A DNA stretch of 64,000 nt from Camelus dromedarius (lineage: Eukaryota). Made by a program: the position numbers and the translations under genes. Location: the NCBI RefSeq assembly GCF_036321535.1, contig NC_087438.1, positions 1,490,001-1,554,000 of the forward strand, written 5' to 3'. Shown here in pieces: positions 47,187-60,660 of the stretch. The notes below the pieces were generated by a model. It worked only from the letters and a program-made list of their open reading frames with translations. It ran no database searches and had not been told where the DNA came from. Position 1 is the stretch's first letter. Each line of letters opens with the position of its first letter.

Positions 47187-49613
47187 AAGAATTTGGACCT
47201 TGGGACCACAGGTCTTGCTCTGGAAAATGAAATGCCAGAGTCAGATCAGTTTCTCAAGCTTGGCAAAGACGAGATAGATGGACTGATCGATGAGCACAAT
47301 AGACAGACAGACATGCTATCAGAAAAAAAGGAGAGGCAGGGTTTCTCATGCCTTTAGATTCTTTAGTGAGACCTTCAGCTTCAGCACAAGCCGTGACGTG
47401 CTGGTGCGTCCAGGGATGGCGGTGCTGGCGGTGTCCTGCCATTCTCGCCGGAGACGCCTCATTTCCCGAGCAGCCATAAGCCCCCAGCAGAGCTGCATGG
47501 AAGTCAGGGAGCCCTGCTCTGGGAGTGTTGGACCAGTAATCTCCAGGGTCCCTTTGTGCTGGAAAATTCTATTTCTTAGATTAGGTGGTGACAACCATTG
47601 TTAAAAATACTATTGCCCAGATATTTTAGACATAAATATGAGTGAGGAATGTGGAGACTCAGATACCTGCAGGTTTATAAAGTAATCAGAAATAAAGAGG
47701 AAGAGTTGGCCTTAAACACGTCTGTTTCAAAAGTCAAATTTTGACTGGAGCTTTGAAATAGTAAAATTCATTTCCTGAAAGGTTCTCTCAGGCTATTTCT
47801 TTAAAAATAACCATATGACCCGGAGGGCCACCCACCTGCTCCCCAGGGTTGACCTTCAGGTGCCTGAGATGACAGGGGCCTGTGTGCAACACAGACGGGG
47901 GCCAGGTGTGTGGCCAGCAGTCCCCTGCGAGACCCTGGGTCTCAGGTCTGTGATTCCAGTGCCCAGCACAAAGACATGGGAGTGGACAGCACGATGACCA
48001 GTGGAAGGAAGGCACCCTAACCCCTGGGGCAGCAGGTTCGCGGCCCCACCCTCTGGGAGCAGGCTGCCTGGGCTGCGGCCCTGGCGCAGGTGCCGGGTGA
48101 GCAGCCCGTGCCCTGCAGGTGGTCTGGGTCCAGCGAGCACCCCCCTGACTTGCCACCTCTGCCACCGAGGACAAGGGTGAGCCCCGGAGGCCCTGCTGGG
48201 CTTCTGGGCTGGGCCTCCACGGGCCTCGCCCCCCTGCTGCCTGGGCAAGTGTCTGGGGGTCGGTGGTCCTCGGGGAGCCACGCTGTCTCACCCCGACAGC
48301 TTCAGCACAGAGCTGGCTTCCACCGGCCCCTCATTGCACCTCCAGAGCCCAGACCTGCCGGAAGTTCTCTGCCGGGAGTCATCCTCTCCCCATTCCTCAT
48401 GCTCGGCCCCCTTGAACTTGACACACGTTGGGTCCTAGCCGCAAGGCTTCTTTAGTCACCGAGACTTGGGCAAGGCTGTCTCGGTGGTCCAAGGCACAGT
48501 GCTTGTCCCAGGCCCCACGGTTGTCGGTCAGCTGCCCTGTTCCTCACAACAGCTCAAAGGCCTTTGACCACCGAGTCCCAAGTGCCCTGAGCAGTGCTTC
48601 AGTACCTGGGTTCCCGGAGCATCCGTGGGCCCGGCTGGCCTGGCTCCTGGAGGCCGCAACGCGCAAGCTGGGCCTTTAGTCCTGTAGAGAGAGAGCAACA
48701 CACCTCACTTGCTCACAGATCCAGACGTTGAACTCTCCCAGCAGGAAAGTGGCCAAGGACATTAACCAATTACTCATAAAGAGGACCTGGAAAATACCGA
48801 ACAACAGAGAGTTTTAAAGCTGTCAGACCAAAGTAGAATGTGAAAAGGCAAGACACAACCACTAACGGAGCCTGGAGACAGAGTTCTGAGGCCGCCGTTT
48901 GGCAGGAGGGAGCTTCCCGTCCCTCCTGCCAGAACCAGTGCGGAAACGGCTTTGACCCTGAGAGTCAGATCAGATGGACACCGCCTCGCTTGCAAGATGA
49001 CTGCTCTTCCCTGAAGGATGGGGTCATCTTCTGAGAAGATGCTTCAGAAGAACAAGCCGGCACCTCGCAGGGTAGCACCTCATGGGAGCTGGGTTCCAGC
49101 TGCAGCCAGCACCTCACACGGAGAAGCCCGGGTAGCTAGACACAGTTTGAACTCAGACCCCAACTTCCCGTGAGACAGGGATTCCTTCTGATTCACCCTT
49201 TTACCTCTCGCAGTGTTTAGGGTCTCCAAAATATGGCTAAGAATGTAAGAAGGGAGGAAGAAACGGAGGAAGGAAGCTGCTTAGGGACAAAAGCCAGCCT
49301 GGTTTTCTCCTCTGCAGGTGCTGCCCTGTCACCCACCTCCATGGCCAGGGCAGAGCCAGCCCCGGGGGAGCGGGCAGATGCCCAGGGGCTGTGTGGGGTG
49401 ACAACAGCATGTACGTAGACACTGCAGTCAGTCTCATCGCACCTCGGGAAATATGAGGGCAAGATGTAAGGCCAGCTCTGGGAAGGAGCCAAGCGGCTTT
49501 CTAGAAAATTACTGCGTGTTGTTGATAGCTTTGTTCAGGAAGTCTGCTGTTCAGAGCTGGCCTGGGAGCAGCACACACGGCCAACCAGGGACACAGAGGG
49601 CTCTCCGAGGCGG

Positions 49614-49715
49614 CGTGTGCGTGTGTGCATGCATGTGTGTGCGTGCATGAGTGCATGTGCATGAGTGCATGTGCATGTGTGCATTTGCATGCATCTGCAC
49701 GTGTGCAAGTGCAGA
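49614..49715. repeat. TG/TGCA low-complexity repeat
   Basis: Direct reading of the sequence. Confidence 0.88.
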
Positions 49716-49784
49716 TGTGGAGATCGGGGGAGGAAGGGAGGGCGTGAACGAGCCTACACTGTACTCTAGTTCATCCAAGAGACT

Positions 49785-49945
49785 GTTTTTCGTCATCAAC
49801 ATCCCGCTGGTGTTAGTTTCAGGTGTGCGGCACACGTGTACATACGTGTACACACGTGTACATACATATCGCATTATTTTCCGCCACAGTCCATTGCAAG
49901 GCACTGGATATAGTTCCCTGTGCCGTGCAGTAGGACCCTGTCGAT
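49785..49945 (-). mobile_element. L1 3'UTR fragment, GC-drifted
   Basis: tgttagtttcaggtgtgcggcac...ggatatagttccctgtgccgtgcagtaggaccctgt is an antisense L1 3'UTR (compare 23455-23490). Confidence 0.8.
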
Positions 49946-51574
49946 CTCCGAAGAGGCCGCTTTGTAAGGACACCTGGCTCATGCTGCCGGGTCCTCCCAC
50001 AGCAAGAGGCCGTCAGATCCGCGGCTGGTGACGTCAGTGCTATTCCAGCCCCCTGCGTCCTTCCATCCGCAAATCAGGACAGTCTCAGTGTCACCTCTTT
50101 GACGGGAGCAGCATGGGCACCGGCTGTGGGAGCTGCGGCAGCGTCCTCAGGACAGGCCCAGGCGGCCCTGCTCCCGGGGGTGGGGGGCAGGAAACAGATG
50201 GGCTCCAGGCTGTGTCTCAGCCTACCCCTCCCACCTGACAGACTTGGGAGGGAGGCTGGTCACCCGGGGACCCGGCAGGCAGCAGCTGAGCTTGGGCCGC
50301 GGGATCTCACCTCGGGGGCCGCTCTGGACCTTGTGCCCGGCAGGGTGGAGGGCAGGGCTGCCACCAGACAGCACTCCTCTGCCCGAGAGCCCTGCACCGG
50401 GGAGCACTTGACTCCAGGCTTTCGTGAGGCTGCCCGTGCCCCAGCGTCACACCAGCCCTTCTGAAAATCGGAGTGTGGACTTGCCTCCAACCTCCGAAGA
50501 GATGCCTGGTGAAAATTAGCATGACTCTCCCTCTTTCTCTCTCTCCCTCCCTCTCTCTCTCACACACACACCCCTGGCTTCCCCGTCTCAAGCACAGGCA
50601 TGCCGACCCCAGGTCGCAGTGGCTCTGAGCATCTTTGGTCCTGAGGGGCGGACCTCTGCGCCGTCCCTGCCTCCGCCCTCAGGAGGCCCCTGGGAGGCCC
50701 CAGACGAGCTCAGAGAGAAAAACGGGCCACGCTTGTGCAACTGTGACCCTCAGGGACGCGTGACCCCGGCTTCCTGGGAAAGCGGCACCTCAGCTTCCCC
50801 TCGGCCCCACTGCCAGGTGTCCCCCAGCTCCACCCGGGAGGCAGCATCACGCGCGTCAAGCCACCCGGTCCGCACGCGCGCAGGGCTTCCCGAGCCAGAG
50901 CCCCGCCCACCTCCGCAGTTGCGGGGTCCACAGCTGCCAACTCTCCTAATTGCGGAAATGCATATGCGACCCCAACCCCCCAAGCCGGGGCTCACCGAGC
51001 CTCCCGGGTCCCTCCCGGGCGACGCGGAGACTCGGGGTCTCTGGATGCACCTTCCGGAGGGCAGGGCCCCGCCAGCAGCCTCGGCTCCCGTGCGGTGAAC
51101 GGTCCTCCCCGCAGCCTGCTCCCTGCCAGGCCCTCCGGAGCTGTGCGCTCGCTGGTGATGGTTTTGCCGTTTCAGGGCACCCCCCCCCCACCCGCTGCCC
51201 CAGTGTGGAGCAGCCTGCCCCACCCAGGAGGTGCCTCTGCTGGGTGAGCTGCCTTCGGCCTGAGTTGTGGGCCAGGGGCCGAGGGGCCAACGTGAATGAA
51301 TCCACAGTATCTATTCAATACGGTGCCTCTACGCAGAAACATGCATGAAACAAGGTTATGCACTGATGGCTGAGAAGGGCATTGTGACCAGAGGCCCGCG
51401 GGACCCCACCTGCATTTCCTCCTCAAGCCGCGGCTCCGGACCCGCTAAGTCTGTTCCTCAGCGACTTGGCGGGGCACGACCACCATGCAGTGGGAACCAG
51501 CCACAGCCATCATCCCACTGGGTCTCCTGGGGACGGCAGGCTCCCCAGGTTTGAGGAATGATTACACGATGTGC

Positions 51575-51764
51575 ATGTGCTCTCAAACTTGGTCACACAT
51601 TAGATTATCTGTGACTCTTATAAAACCCAGAGCCACTCACACCTGCCGGGTGAGCCCCCCCCCCCGGCTGGGGGACTCTGCGTTAATCAGCTGGGGAAGG
51701 GTGCCTGGATTTCCCGGGAACCCCGGTGACTCTACGGTGCAGCCAGAGTCGTGAATCTCCAGTG
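51575..51764. mobile_element. MER5-like hAT-Charlie MITE
   Basis: Ends gtgctctcaaactt... and ccggtgactctacggtgcagccagagtcgtgaatc resemble MER5. Confidence 0.7.
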
Positions 51765-52033
51765 CATCCTGGAGACCAGGCGGGTGGTTTCCTCGAAACC
51801 CACACGGTCAAAACCAGCGTGCCCTAAAGGTGGACAGAAGCTGCCCCCTGGGTCACAGAAGCTCGGTTACTGGTGGGCTCTCGCCCCAGACGCTGCACAT
51901 CAAGGTTGGTTCCAAAACCCTCTGTGGAAGACGGCCCGGCCAGGAGTTCGTGCAGCAACCCTGCATGCAGCATGGGGGCCGCAGCTTGGCCTCTGGGCCT
52001 GGCATTCGGGACCCAAACCCTTCCCACAGCACC

Positions 52034-52489
52034 ATATGAGTCAGGGCTCTGCAGAGGAACAGAACAGAAGGATAAATATTGACATATGTGATGAGATTTA
52101 TTACAAAGTGTTGGCTCACAGAATCACGGAGGCCGGAGGTCCCACAGCCTGCTGTCTGTAAGCTGGAGACCCAGGAGAGCCGGTGGTGTCGATGCCGGTC
52201 TGGGTCTGGAGGCCTGGGACCAGCATCAAACAGGGCGGAAGAGGGGTGACCCTGCTCCACACTCAGGCTGGAGGAGCGAATCCAGCCATCCCCCACATGT
52301 GGCTCCATCAGCATCTGCAGTGGCTGGGACGGGGCCGCCCACACTGGGGAGGGCCGTCGGGTCCCCCCTGTCCACTGATTCAGACCCCCATCTCACTCAG
52401 ACCCCCTCCCAGACTCCCAGGAGTCACGCTAACGGACATCTGGGTGCCTCACGACCCCATCCAGCGGATATGTCAAATCTACCATGAGA
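52034..52489 (-). mobile_element. ERVL solo LTR (MLT2-like)
   Basis: agtcagggctctgcagaggaacagaac...gagatttattacaaag...ttggctcac...gtaagctggagacccaggagagccggtggtgt match antisense MLT2. Confidence 0.9.
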
Positions 52490-52499
52490 ACCTCTCAGG

Positions 52500-52640
52500 G
52501 GCGGCGTGATCTTAGGAAACCCCGAGGCCTCCCTGAGCCTCAGGTCTCCTCCGTGAAGCACGGGGGTGACACTGCTTCACCTGCCGGGAAGTTCTTCTTA
52601 GACTGAAGAGTGAAAGCACAGGGCCCGGTTGGTACCTGGT
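52500..52640 (+). mobile_element. MIR SINE fragment
   Basis: gtgatcttaggaaa...cctccctgagcctcaggtctcctccgtgaagcacggggg. Confidence 0.6.
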
Positions 52641-55134
52641 CTGGTGTGTCCTCACGGGGTGTTCAGGGAGCCGGGATGTCAGCATCCTGTTTCCTTTGCC
52701 TGAGTTTGGATGGACGGAAGAAGATGTAGAAACCAGTGGAGATCAGAAGACGAGGTTTGGGTGACACAGCTGGTGAAAACCCTGCGGCTGAGGTGGGCTG
52801 CCACCCCGGCTTCTCTGTGTGATCCCGGCTCCGTCCCGGAGCTGAAAGCGGACGGGGTCTGCACACGGGCCAAGCAGCAAGTCGACCTTGGTGGGTCAAG
52901 ACGGAACTAGCCCCTTGTCTATTTTCCATTCCAAATTTTATCTATTGTTCCTGACCAACCTGGACCACCAGGGACCAAAGGCCATATAAAGATGCTCTAA
53001 TAATCAAATGCCAACCGTGAACGGTAACGTCCCCGGGGGCATGGGCGTCTATACATTACACGTTAAATTTATTTCCTCCCACGTTTTCTTCTGCTCAGTC
53101 TCATGTGGAGAGGGGCTCAGGCCCAGGAGGAAAGGAGGGTCTCAGCCGCCGTCCGCCCAGGAAGAGCATAGTTCCCGCAGGGCCCCAAATCTCCCCACAC
53201 CCAACCTCCTGACGGCCAGGGAGACACTCAGTGGCGTCACGTCCCAGCCTCTACCTGCCCACGGGGAGCCATCCCGGGAAACTTCTGGAGCCAGAACTTG
53301 GTGCCGCCCAAGTGCAAGGCTCCGTGAGGCCATGGTCAACTGTGGGGCGTCTACAGCCTGTGCCCCACGCTCCACCATGACTGGGGTACCAGCCAGGGGC
53401 CAGCATCTCAAGTATAACAGGTCTGGTTATGTTTCAGGTCAGCTTGCCCAAGGTTCTAGTCTTTAATTAGCACCTTCGTCTCCATGACAACTTTTGGCTT
53501 TGTTTTGTACTCCCAGTTTATTGAGGAAAAAGGTGGTTGTATTTCATAAATGTCAGTCATTCACGTCTCCCTGCAAGACTCTCACACATGCACACACACG
53601 CATGCACACATGTACACACAGGTACACACACTCACACACGCTGACCCATGCCCCAGGGAAAGAACACGCCAGAATCCGAGGAAGACAAAAGAAGCCCACT
53701 GGGTTTGTAAACACAGGTGTTTCACAGTTGGGTTCGCTGTATGTCTCTGCTTTGTTTTATTTTTAAACAGAAAGCAGAATCTCTGTCCTCTTAAAAGATA
53801 AGAACTTCTTGGTCTTTAAGAACCTAGCTTTTTCCCACAAAAGGATGTTTTTGGAGAGGAGTGGATATGCATGCTGTTCTTGAAATGAGTTGGATACGCA
53901 GACCCTGGGTCTTGGACACAGAGCTGGTCCAGGAAGAGCAGAGGTGGAAGCACGTGCCTGGCCAGCCAAAGGGGCTAGAAGTCGTCCTCCCGGGCTCCGA
54001 GGAGAGTGGCACCGCAGGAAGCAGAGGAGAGCTCTTAGCCTGGGGCTCTGTGCCCCGCGTCCCTCCCCGACAGCCTGGGTGGGCGGAAGCCCCGCCGAAG
54101 CCCCTTCCGCACGGGGCCCTCGGGGCAGCGGGGACACTGGCCGCAGGAGAGGCTGTCTCAGTGGCCGGGGTCCCGCAGCCATGGGGACCACAGGCAGTCT
54201 GTCTGCGGGGAAGGGGGCCCTGGAAGATTTCCAGCCCTCGAGGCCCGCCCATGAAGCCGAGGACGGTCCTGGCCGGGGAGGCCTCCTGCTGAGACGAGGG
54301 CGCCCTGGGCAGTGAGGCCGGGACCTGGCAGGGCCAGGGCTTGGGGGGTCGGTGACCCAGGGAAAGGCTCGTGACAGTGACCACAGACTCTGGGTCACTC
54401 CCACAGGACAGGACGCCGCTGCAGCTTTGACAGATATAGAGGAGGCCAGTTCGACTGGAAATCACTGAATATGATGAATTTACCTGTAAAATAAAAAATG
54501 AGGCAATTTCTTCCTAGTAAGCAGAACTGGACGTCAGAAAACGGACTCAGTGAATGACAAACGTGGACCGCTCCGTCGCTGGGGTGGCCTGTGGGCGAGG
54601 CTGGGGCCCCTGCCCAGGCCCTTCCCCCGTCGCCCTGCCCACACCCCAGGCTCCGAGAAGGGCCAGGCTCCCGGCAGCTTGGAAACCTTGCCATCATTCC
54701 CAGCATTTCCAGAAGCAAATACAACAAAACTAGCATTTAAAGACATCCAACTTGCCAAGAGGGTATTGGAGCAATAAAGTGTTTACACCCAAACAAAGTC
54801 ATAAAGCAGTTAACAGCCGCACCTGTGGACCGAGATTGCGTGAGGCTGGTTTTCCCGACAAACCAGCACAAAAGCAGCCTGGCCTCTGCCGGCGTTTTAG
54901 TGATGGAATCGAAATAAAACCGAGAGAACAGAAGGCACCAGACTTTACTGGAGGCGGCGAGGTCAAGCATGTGTGACGCTGGCTTGTGCAATGTGTGCGT
55001 ACAATGGCTGATTGTGCGCTGGCCCCTAAAAGCCACCGAAGTGATAAAATGCCGGCTTTGAAATAAAGTATACCTGTGCTTCCTTTGATCGCAGACTCCC
55101 TCCCACTGAAGTTTGGGGTTGGCTGTGACCCAGT

Positions 55135-55600
55135 GGTCTCTCGCTGTGTGACAGGCTACTTGAAAGCCCAGTGGTGGACAACAACCACTTCATCACGCGT
55201 CACGATTCCGTGGTTCGGGGAAGTGCGGGCTGAGCTGGAGGCTCTCTGCTCCCTGCGACAGTGACACCCTGGGTATTCAGCCAGCACACGGCCGGGCAGG
55301 GCTCTCGGGGTCATGCCCTCTACGTCTGATCTGTCTGCAAGCCCGGCTTATCCCGGACTCTCGCTCGACTTGAGCCCCCAGGGTGGCCCTCAGGCACAGT
55401 GGGCTCAAGGAGCCAGATTCTGGCGAGGCAGCACGGGGCTGCCAGGGGCCCCGGCAGGCAGGCTGGGTGGCCTGACCCAGCCTCAGACGTCTCACAGCAA
55501 CGCTTCTGCTTCTCTCTGCTGGTCCGAGCAGTTGAAAGCCCGCCCAGATTCAAGGGGGTGGGCCTGCAGGGCCGACCTTTCCAGGTGGGAGCTTCCCGGA
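55135..55600 (-). mobile_element. Old MaLR LTR (MLT1-like)
   Basis: cagtggtggacaacaaccac...tcacgattccgtgg and gcttct...tggtccgagcag...cccagattcaagggg match antisense MLT1. Confidence 0.7.
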
Positions 55601-56617
55601 ATTTGCAGCCCTGCTTCCGAACGGCCACACCTGGCCAGACGCTGTGGGGCTCCTCGGGGGCACCGAAAGTCCTGGTGAGATGGAAGTCTCCTGCTCAGGT
55701 AGTACTCTAGTGCCTGGGTGAGCTGCTCCCAGGAGGTGACCGTCGGAGTCTCCTGGACAGAGCAGACAGCCTTTCAGTACTGAATTTTTAGTTGTAAAAA
55801 ATGTTTCATGAAATTTCAGAGTCCACTGCCTGGAATTATTGTCAGTGACTAGAAAAAGCCTCTTTCTGACCTGCTATGCTCATCACCTGATGCTGATGAG
55901 TTTATAAAAAGTGAGTGTCAGGAGTCCTGCACCTCGGGGGGCCTGCAGAACTCTGCGGGGAGGCGCAGTGCCAGACGGCTCCCTGGCAACGTGTCGCGGT
56001 TTCGGGAGGTGCCCTGCATCACAGGGGCCAGGTCCGGGCTCCGGGGGTCCGGGAGCCCCTGGAGTGCTGTGCACAGGGCTGTGAGCCCCGGGTGGGTGGC
56101 TCACCTTTTCAAAGCCGTGAACATTTCCTCAGAAGGTCAGGAGCCACCAGCTCTGTGCGGTGTGTGCAGACTTCCTAGATCTCAACCGTAAAATAATTAG
56201 AAAAACTGGGATACGGGCAGCTGTTTGCAAACAACCTCTCCAACATCCACGTGAGTTAGAAACTGCAAAGCATGGAGAGGACTGTGGAGACCCCTGTGAG
56301 CAGGTCCCTCTGCTGGGCTTTACATTTTTAAGACAACAGAGGGCAGGAGTTTCAAGCTGATTTCCCGACGCTCCCTGCACAGCTTTCCCCGCATCGAGGA
56401 ACATTTTCCGATCGATCGTATGTTTGCAGTGACTTTCAGAGTCACCATCTGCAAAGGCACCACTTGTCATTTACAGCACGTGATGCCAGATCCTGCAGGG
56501 TTTTGTAAACCTTAACAACCGACTTATCTAAAAACATCCTTCTTAGTCGCAATTCTCACCACATTTCGGTTTTTGGCTCAGATTTAGGAGAGTTGTCTAA
56601 GCTTTTAACCCATCTTG

Positions 56618-56805
56618 ACAGATAGATAGATAATAGATAATAGACAGATGAAAGGGAGGTGAGAAGTGGTTGATGGAAAGAGAGAGAGAGGATGGTAGGT
56701 AGATAATAGACAGACAGTAGGTTAGTAATAGACAACAGGTGATTGACAGATGGACAAGTAGATGGTGGAGAGACACAGACGAAGACAGCTGGGTAACAGA
56801 TAGAT
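56618..56805. repeat. Degenerate (GATA/GACA)n purine-rich repeat
   Basis: Direct reading of the sequence. Confidence 0.85.
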
Positions 56806-57719
56806 TAAAAGCAGGCAGAGCTGAGACCCTGCACCGCAGAACTGTTACCGTGAAGCATGGGGTCTGTGCTGCGCTCACAAGGGACCGAACACAGAGTCAC
56901 GGCGTGTGAGTGCGGCCTGGGTGCCCCCCTCCGCCTGAGCTGCCTCTGCACCACACTCCGGTGGCACAGTTGTCCTCCCCACTTCACAGGACAGGGGGCT
57001 GCCTCCCTGGTCGGTATGGGGGGTGGCTGGAATCGGATGCATCCTGAAGCCTCCTGCCCGCCGGCCCTGACCGGGGAGACCCAGAGCCCCTGGGCTGGGA
57101 CCCCCTGCGCCTCCCTGCACGGCGGGCCTGGCTCTGTTTCCCTCTGCTCCTCCCTCCTGTCAGTCAAGGCGCCGAGAGGGGCTGAGGGGAGGATGGGTGA
57201 CACGTGCACCCAGGGCCTCCTGTGCATCCAGGGCTGTGAGTGGCTTCCCGGGGCTCTGCTCCCCAGCAGCCTTGTCACAGCTGTGACAGCCCAGACGCCC
57301 CCAGACCTCACTCGATCTCCCCGGGGCCCAGATCACCCCACTCCCTTGAGCACACTGCTCTAAACCAAACTGCCTTTTATTAGGTCTGTAATTAAAAGGA
57401 GGGACTTTTTCAGTCCACACTTGTTGTGAATGTGGGGGCTCAGGGTGGTCCTCTTCTCAGCTTCCCGGGAGGAGAAAGCAGCCACCCACAGCTCGCCCCT
57501 GCTCTGAGCGGAACTGACCGTGGGTCAGGTCAGGATCGGGTCACCTTGTGCCCGCATCCCCGCCGAGTTTCCGACGCAGGTGTCCTGGCAGGTCTCAGTG
57601 TCTCTCGGCCTGGTGCTCAGTGCTGCCCGGCTCAGCCCTCCGGGCTTGTGGACAGAGGAGGACGCTGCCACAGCCCCGAGTCACCGGCTGTCACAGTACA
57701 AACGATCTGGAAATTTAGA

Positions 57720-58100
57720 CACCAGAGTACCTAATAGGGCACCATCAATCTTTCATAGAGAGAGAATTAATACATAAATTATAAACAAATTCGCCCTTTG
57801 GTCTCGTAAAACAGCACGGTGATCAAAGAGACACAACAGAAACGTATTTGCCTCGGCAGCCGCGTGCCCCCAGCTCCGGGCTGCGCGGACGGACAGCCGG
57901 GGACCCTCTGCCTTTGTTCCATCTGTCACAGTACACTTCCCTCCTGTTGTTGTAAGTAATCAATACGGGGCTGAAATCACCTACCGCCGCCTCCACCACC
58001 TCCTACTTTGTCCGCTCATGAATTATGGATCCCGCACAACATCAAGTCTACAATTTCGATTGCATTTGCTAATCATTGATCAATAATTCAGGAGCCGCGC
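57720..58100. promoter_or_regulatory. Candidate developmental enhancer / conserved non-coding element
   Basis: Unique, relatively AT-rich sequence with Pbx-Hox-like CCATCAATCT, TCF-like ATCAAAG, Sox-like CTTTGT, Meis-like TGTCA and several TAAT cores. Confidence 0.45.
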
Positions 58101-60494
58101 TCCTTCAAGGGCCCCTGGCTTCCTGCAGCATATGGCAGCGAGCAGAAGTCCCTCGTTACAGAGCGCCGCCGCTGAACGGCTCGCAGACGGTTGTCTCTCG
58201 TCCTGCCCCTGCGCGGGGACGAGGGGGACGGCGTCCGGTTCGGAGCATCCCCACGGCCACCACGCTCAGTGACGGCAAGGCCGGCTGCCCGGGCACCGGC
58301 AGCAGAACGGTGTCTCAGCTCTGTGCCCCGCCCCTTGTTCTTGTCCTGTCCCTGAGTCGCCCCTCCCCGCGCCTGCGGGTGCGCAGCCGGGACCCAGGCC
58401 CGGCGCGGAGCACCCCCTACCCAACACGGGCTCCCTGCGAAACCGCAGCTTGAGCCCGCAGCCGAGTCCCTGGCAGGATGAACTGCAGCCTTGAGCTCCC
58501 CTGAGATGTGCTCTTACTGCTGTGGTTTCAAGGCCCACGTCAGTCCCGTTCTGTGCGTTTGTGCTTGTGCCCTTCTGATGAGATGATGAGATAAAAGTAA
58601 CCTTCCTCGCACAACTAATGCTGCAGTGTTGATCGCATGTTATTTTTATTGGCAAGAATCCTTTATTCTAACCTTCTGGAGGCAGGGGTGTCAAACCCTC
58701 TTCTGCTGGAAAAACAGCTCAAGGTGCCGCTTCCTGATGGAGAAGCCAGAAGGGTGGGGCGGGCAGGCCCCCCAGGACTGGGCCAGTGTGGGACGTGGGG
58801 TCCGGCCTCTGGGAGTCAGGCCAGGGGCGGATTTTGGGGAAACCTTCCCCACAAAAGGCGGCCACAGAGGGTTCTGGAGGTGGCCTGAGCCCAGGCCCAG
58901 CCCCGCCCCCTCCAGTAAGGGAAGAGCATGACAAGGGACCTTTGTCACCTCCCAGAGCACCAGGCCCTGCCCCTCCCCCTCAGGCCCACGTGGAGCAGAG
59001 GCTCTGAGCAGCCGCTAGGCCTGCCATTGTCACCCATTGTCACCAGCCCAGCGGGAGGGCCACCACCAGGGGTTCACTGTGACTTTTAAAAATCGTGAAA
59101 AAAGACACAGCAGGAAGGAGCAGGGAGCCAGAGAGGGAAGAAGCTTAACGCAGTCTGTGCAGGAAGACAGCGGGACAAAGCGGGGGTGGGGGACAGAAGG
59201 GTGTTTTAACTGGAGACTGAAAATGATGGAGTGGGAAATAGCTTTAAAAGTTTAAGCAAAAATGAAGAAAATTCAAATGAGATGGGAAGCAAAAGAGAGG
59301 AGAAAAGGAAAATATTAACCGAAGAAACCAGGAAAGAAAAAAGGAGGCGCTCACCTCCGCACGCGCCCGCCCGCCTCCTTCCTCCTGGCGCTCTCATCCC
59401 CTGCACGGCACCTGGTCTGGTCCCTGGGGGCCTGGGGCTGCGGTCTGACTAAACAGTGGCTCACCGGTTTGAAGTTGAAAATAGAGGGTAAAACGTGACG
59501 TTGTTTCCCGCACCCATTCCCTTGGCAGACTCCCTGGCGCCCGGGGCCCCGTCCCCACACCCCCATCCACTCAGTCTGCGACCGGAGCAGGCCCAGGTGC
59601 AGACCTTCCCCTGGAGACCGGGGTGGGGGGGCCTCTCCGGCGGGTGTGCGCTCAGGTCTCTGAGGCCAGAGCAAATCGCCCCGGCAGCCAGAAGCTGGAG
59701 AAACACCTCTGACTGCAGCAGATCTGGGCCAGTCCTCCGCATCACTTGTAGCGACAGGAGACCCACCCTGTGACCAGGTGTCTGACAGGCTCCCCGTCGG
59801 CTCAGCACAGCCGTCTCCACGCAGAAAGCTGAAGACCTGCTCAAGACCGTCCCTCGACCTCTGGAAGGAAGACTGGAGGATGACCGGAGGTGCTGAAGGC
59901 CAGGTGGACAGAGTGGACCCGGGAACAGGGCGCCGAGGTGCCCCCTGAGATGTGGAACCAGGCCCCCGCGCCTCCCAGGAAGGCACCTGGCTCCTTGAGG
60001 TCCCTTGCCTGCCTGGAGGACGAGGGCCGATGAGAAGCCTTCACGTTTGAGAAAGTAACTCGCCAGCGTCTTTCTTCTCACACCGACTTCCCCTCCGCAG
60101 CCTCAGGCCTTTCTCCAGCTGGTCCTGGAGGCCGGGCGACTGTGAGCCGGGCTGAGCACCTTGGCAGGAGTCCTCAGAAGTGCACACGCACCCATCTGCT
60201 AGGGGAGCCCGCCCTGGGGCGGCGGGTCAGCGTCCCCACCCCAGACTCACCGCCGGACCAGGGGACTAATCTGACAAGGGGAGGGGAGCAGGAGAGGAAC
60301 TCAAAGCCCCTTCTGAGTTTCTGATTTTCTTTTTCAAAGCTTAGGCTGTGAGCATCTCTAAGCCTCACAAGGTGAGCCCTACAGCGGGCCCCACGTTCAT
60401 CACATCAGCCCTTGAAAACGCTGGGAGTTAGGTCTCGAATAAGTCCTACGAGTTGCGTGTGTTGTCAACACGTTTGTCTTCCCCAGACGTCACC

Positions 60495-60660
60495 ACCATC
60501 CTTTCTACCTACACGTCTATCTGCCGTCCACCCATCCCTGCTTATCCTCTGTCTACTAACCCACCTACCTGCTAACTACCCATCTATCTACCCATCCACC
60601 TACCTACCCACCCACCTACCTACCTAACCACCCACCTGCCCATCTACCCACCCATCTACT
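60495..60660. repeat. Degenerate (CCTA/CCCA)n pyrimidine-rich repeat
   Basis: Direct reading of the sequence. Confidence 0.85.

Noticed and set aside
54350..54500. Minus-strand exon after acceptor ttttattttacag
   Set aside because: No convincing donor and no recognisable peptide in any frame
56618..60660. Complementary GATA-type and CCTA-type repeats bracketing the 57.7 kb element
   Set aside because: Similarity is only low-complexity; no unique alignable inverted repeat
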